Both the position numbers and the translations under genes were made by a program. Positions 61,252 through 64,000 of a DNA stretch of 64,000 nucleotides are shown here, piece after piece. Position 1 is the first letter of the stretch. The number at the start of each line of letters is the position of its first letter. The notes under the pieces are model-generated. The model worked only from the letters and a program-made list of their open reading frames with translations. It ran no database searches and was not told where the DNA came from. The DNA is from Vulcanimicrobiota bacterium (GTDB taxonomy: Bacteria; Vulcanimicrobiota; Vulcanimicrobiia; Vulcanimicrobiales; Vulcanimicrobiaceae), in the NCBI GenBank assembly GCA_963812155.1, contig CAWETW010000003.1, positions 1,238,544 through 1,302,543 on the forward strand, written 5' to 3'.

Positions 61252-61466
61252 AAGCGGCTTCCGGATTTTTGGCGGAGATCGCGTGGAATCAAATCGCCGA
61301 TATCGCAACGCAACGCTTTGGCAAACGTCGCGAGCGTAGTAAGCGTTGGGATAACCGCCGCGCGTTCGAGGGTCGAAATGTAGGTGCGACTAATACCAGT
61401 CGCATCTGCAAGCTGCTGTTGCGACATGTCCCGGCGGAGCCGCATCTCCCGAAGCATACTTCTCAC
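61248..61466 (-). CDS. XRE/Cro-like HTH regulator
   Basis: LREMRLRRDMSQQQLADATGISRTYISTLER..PTL. Confidence 0.9.
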   Translation of the reverse strand: MRSMLREMRLRRDMSQQQLADATGISRTYISTLERAAVIPTLTTLATFAKALRCDIGDLIPRDLRQKSGSRL

Positions 61467-61555
61467 ACGTTTCCCTTCCCAGCAGTCTTGCCAGTAGAAG
61501 CATCCTGACGTATACTAACACTAACGGTAGACGGAGTCATCAGGGGGAAAAACGT

Positions 61556-62131
61556 GTGAAAGTCGAGGAAGAGCAGCAGTACGATCCGTGGTTAGGCTTG
61601 GCGGTGGCCGATACGTGGTGGGAACTGGGACGCTGGGCCAACAAGATCCGGTCGGCAGCGACCGAGAAGGGCCGCCTAGCGATTGCACGCGAGTGGGCGG
61701 ATCAGGCGAACGCCGACGATGAACCTGCGCCTACCTACGTCGTTAAGCCTACAGAGCTGATTGAGTTCGTGGATACGAGCGTCGATTTACTCGAGCGGAA
61801 GTTCAATGGCAAGCCGATCGCCGGCAAGGTAAACCAACTCATAGCCCCGATGCACGGGCTTCGATACAAAGACGACGATGGGTTTCTAGCGCGGGTTGAG
61901 ACGAGTGCGGCGTTCTGGGCGATCGAGTACACTTTTCTTTTCGACGACCTGGAGCGTCGTGACGAATCAACGTGGACTAAAGCGGTCGGCTACTGCGAGA
62001 ACGAGGCGTGTGGCCGGTTTTTCATTCGTCAGCGCATCGACAACCGATTTGACTCCGACCGCTGCCGAACGAACACCGCGAACCGCAAAGCGTACCGTCG
62101 GCGCGCACGTGCGCACAGGAGTGCGAAATGA
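61556..62131 (+). CDS. CGNR-like zinc-finger protein
   Basis: C-terminal CENEACGRFF...FDSDRCR..ANRKAYRRR. Confidence 0.7.
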   Translation: MKVEEEQQYDPWLGLAVADTWWELGRWANKIRSAATEKGRLAIAREWADQANADDEPAPTYVVKPTELIEFVDTSVDLLERKFNGKPIAGKVNQLIAPMHGLRYKDDDGFLARVETSAAFWAIEYTFLFDDLERRDESTWTKAVGYCENEACGRFFIRQRIDNRFDSDRCRTNTANRKAYRRRARAHRSAK

Positions 62132-63339
62132 AGGGCCATTTTAAAAAGCGTTCTTACGTCGATCGTAAGACCGGTGCGCCGCGCGCCGCTACAACTTGGA
62201 CAGTCACCTACGACGAACCGACGGCGTCTGGAGAGGCACGCAAGCAGCGGCGTCAGGGCGGATTTGCGACGCGCAAAGAAGCCGAGGCGTGGCTCGACAA
62301 AAAGAAATAGCAGCTCAAACGCGGTTTTACCGGCATCGACGACCGGACGACCGTCGCCGAATATCTCAAGCATTGGCTCGCCGGCATCGCGGTGGGTGCC
62401 GGCACGCATCGCATGTATGAATCGTACGCGCGCCGCTTCGTCATTCCCGAGCTCGGCCGCATCCGACTGTGCGACCTGAAACCCTCGCACCTCGAGGATG
62501 CCAAACGGGCGTGGGCGCAGCGTCGCCGGGGGCCCAACGGTGAGCGCTGCATTTCGGGCAAGTCTGTACGGCACGCGTGGGGCGTGTTAGCGATCGCTTT
62601 AAATCGGGCGAAACGACAGCGAATCATCGCGATGAACCCTTGCGAGTACGTCGACGCGCCGCGCTTCGAGCGCCGCGAGATGCGCGCACTCGACGCAACG
62701 GCTGCGAAGCAATACATCGAAGCCTTCTCAGAAGATTCCGACGTCGGCGCCGCGATCGTGTTGGCGCTCGGCAGCGGTCTGCGCCGCGGCGAACTGCTCG
62801 CACTGCGCTGGTCCGACGTCGACCTCGAGGCGGGTACCTTACGCGTGAACCGGTCGTTGGAGCGCATCGTCCGGAACGCCGACGATCCGGAGAAGCGTAC
62901 TACGGAAACGCGCTTCAAGGAGCCCAAGACGCAAGGCTCCCGCCGCACCGTCCCGTTGCCCGGCTTCGCTCTCGAGCGATTGCGCCGGCATCGTCGCGAG
63001 CAACTGGATCGATTCGAGCACCTCGGCCTATGGCGGACAAATGATTCCCTTGTGTTCGACCACATCGGCGAGCCGTGGAATCCCAACACCTTCGGGACCG
63101 AGTTCGCGCGACGCGCGCGCCGGTTCGCACTCCCGCGCGTGCGCCTTCATGATCTCCGGCATTCCTATGCGACCTTGATGCTCGAGAGCGGCGTGGATCT
63201 CAAGACTGTCTCGCAGGCGCTCGGGCATTCAACCATCCGCATCACCGCCGACACCTACGCGCACGTGACGCCGGCTATGCAGCAGTCGGCCGCGGATCGG
63301 CTTGATCGCATCATCGGTCGCTCTCGGAAGAGTTCTTAA
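62128..63339 (+). pseudogene. Tyrosine integrase with in-frame amber codon at 62308-62310
   Basis: Arm domain RRQGGFATRKEAE; catalytic GLRRGE, EPKT, HDLRH, LGH, DTY; both ORFs are in the same frame. Confidence 0.85.
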
Positions 63340-63342
63340 ATC

Positions 63343-63923
63343 GTGTGCGGCATCGATTGGACGGCGTTGGGAACGTGGGCCGGGGCCGCAGCTGTTTCTC
63401 TTGGCGTCGGGGTAGCCTTTTTTCAGCTCAGGTCCCTGAATGCCAACGAAAGGGTGAGGACTACCGTAGAGTTCTTGAACGGATGGACAAAGGACGAAAC
63501 GCGCTCACCATCCGGGGAAATCATAACCCCGAGTTCGGGTGCCAATAGCATGATCGCCATAAGAAGCATGCCAGAGAGAGCGGCGCAGTACCGCGAAGAC
63601 GTGGAGGAATACTTTAATGGTACCCTACGGCGAGATCGAGGAGACGCGTATGCCGACGCCATCGGCGTAAAGACGGCGGGCGTGTGGAGCGTTGCGAACT
63701 ACTTTATCAAGGCAGAAAGCCTTATACGGCGCAATCGCCTGGACGAGGACCTGTTTCTCGAACAAATGGCGAACCAAATGACCGCGTTTTGGGGGTTCGT
63801 CAACGCTTTGAGGATGTTGATGAGCACGCAGAGGGCGCCACCCACAACCGCCTTCTCCGGCCGTTCGCTGAGCGCGCGGCAGCGTGGTATCAGAAACGAC
63901 TTAGCGAGCTACCTAATCACTAA
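63343..63923 (+). CDS. DUF4760-like protein with N-terminal TM; probable frameshift near 63808
   Basis: DWTALGTW..AFFQLR, VANYF..LIRRNRLDEDLF; plausible C-terminus EDVDEH...AERAAAWYQKR lies in another frame. Confidence 0.55.
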
Positions 63924-63944
63924 GCCCGGGGCGTTTTGACAACC

Positions 63945-63965
63945 TCCGTGACCAATCCGTGACCA
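63945..63965. repeat. Tandem 10-bp direct repeat, probable integrase arm-type sites
   Basis: TCCGTGACCA at 63945 and 63956, downstream of the integrase. Confidence 0.6.
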
Positions 63966-64000
63966 GTAGCGGCGTCTGGCTATGTGTTTTGTGCTCAAAT

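Larger units (their letters stand above)
49707..64000. mobile_element. Probable tRNA-targeted integrative element (satellite/IME-like) extending beyond the window
   Basis: att-like fragment at left; patchy composition and long intergenic gaps; DUF3987/xis/XRE/integrase core and arm-type repeats at right. Confidence 0.7.

Noticed and set aside
62308..62310. Pyrrolysine or recoded amber in the integrase
   Set aside because: No pyl genes seen, and TAG is used as a normal stop elsewhere (rpsU, leuC, floA).

Overview
High-GC bacterial chromosome segment. The gene order and the many Pro-rich secreted or lipoprotein genes suggest a soil Terrabacteria-type organism, possibly Eremiobacterota (inference only). 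Positions 1-49.6 kb are mostly housekeeping. They include an NAD operon (stand-alone glutaminase, nadE, cinA) facing a RES-Xre toxin-antitoxin pair, and a metY / CoA-binding / luxE-like / luxC-like / class-III aminotransferase / Gfo-Idh-MocA run with no luciferase, divergent from leuCD. Further on are rpmE-prfA-prmC-pyrG, HIT-rpsU-yqeY-nfeD-floA-phoH-ybeY-dgkA-CNNM-recO-ruvX-mltG, five tRNAs with tadA, aroA, HU, SOD and blaI/blaR-TonB. From about 49.7 kb to the window end lies a probable tRNA-targeted integrative element: a tRNA 3'-end att remnant, cargo genes, a satellite-like DUF3987/xis/XRE/CGNR core, and a tyrosine integrase broken by an amber codon. Most notable are: (1) the LuxE/LuxC/aminotransferase acid-to-amine module; (2) a GCAACCCGATCGCCC-N20-CACGCGAC motif repeated between island cargo genes; (3) three conserved genes that need near-cognate start codons (ACG, ATT, CTG); (4) an in-frame prfA-prmC fusion caused by a 1-nt shift; (5) a 170-bp mini-insertion at tRNA-Ser carrying an antisense tRNA copy. 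Three single-base frameshifts occur in the window, so assembly indels cannot be excluded. No CRISPR array or rRNA was seen.
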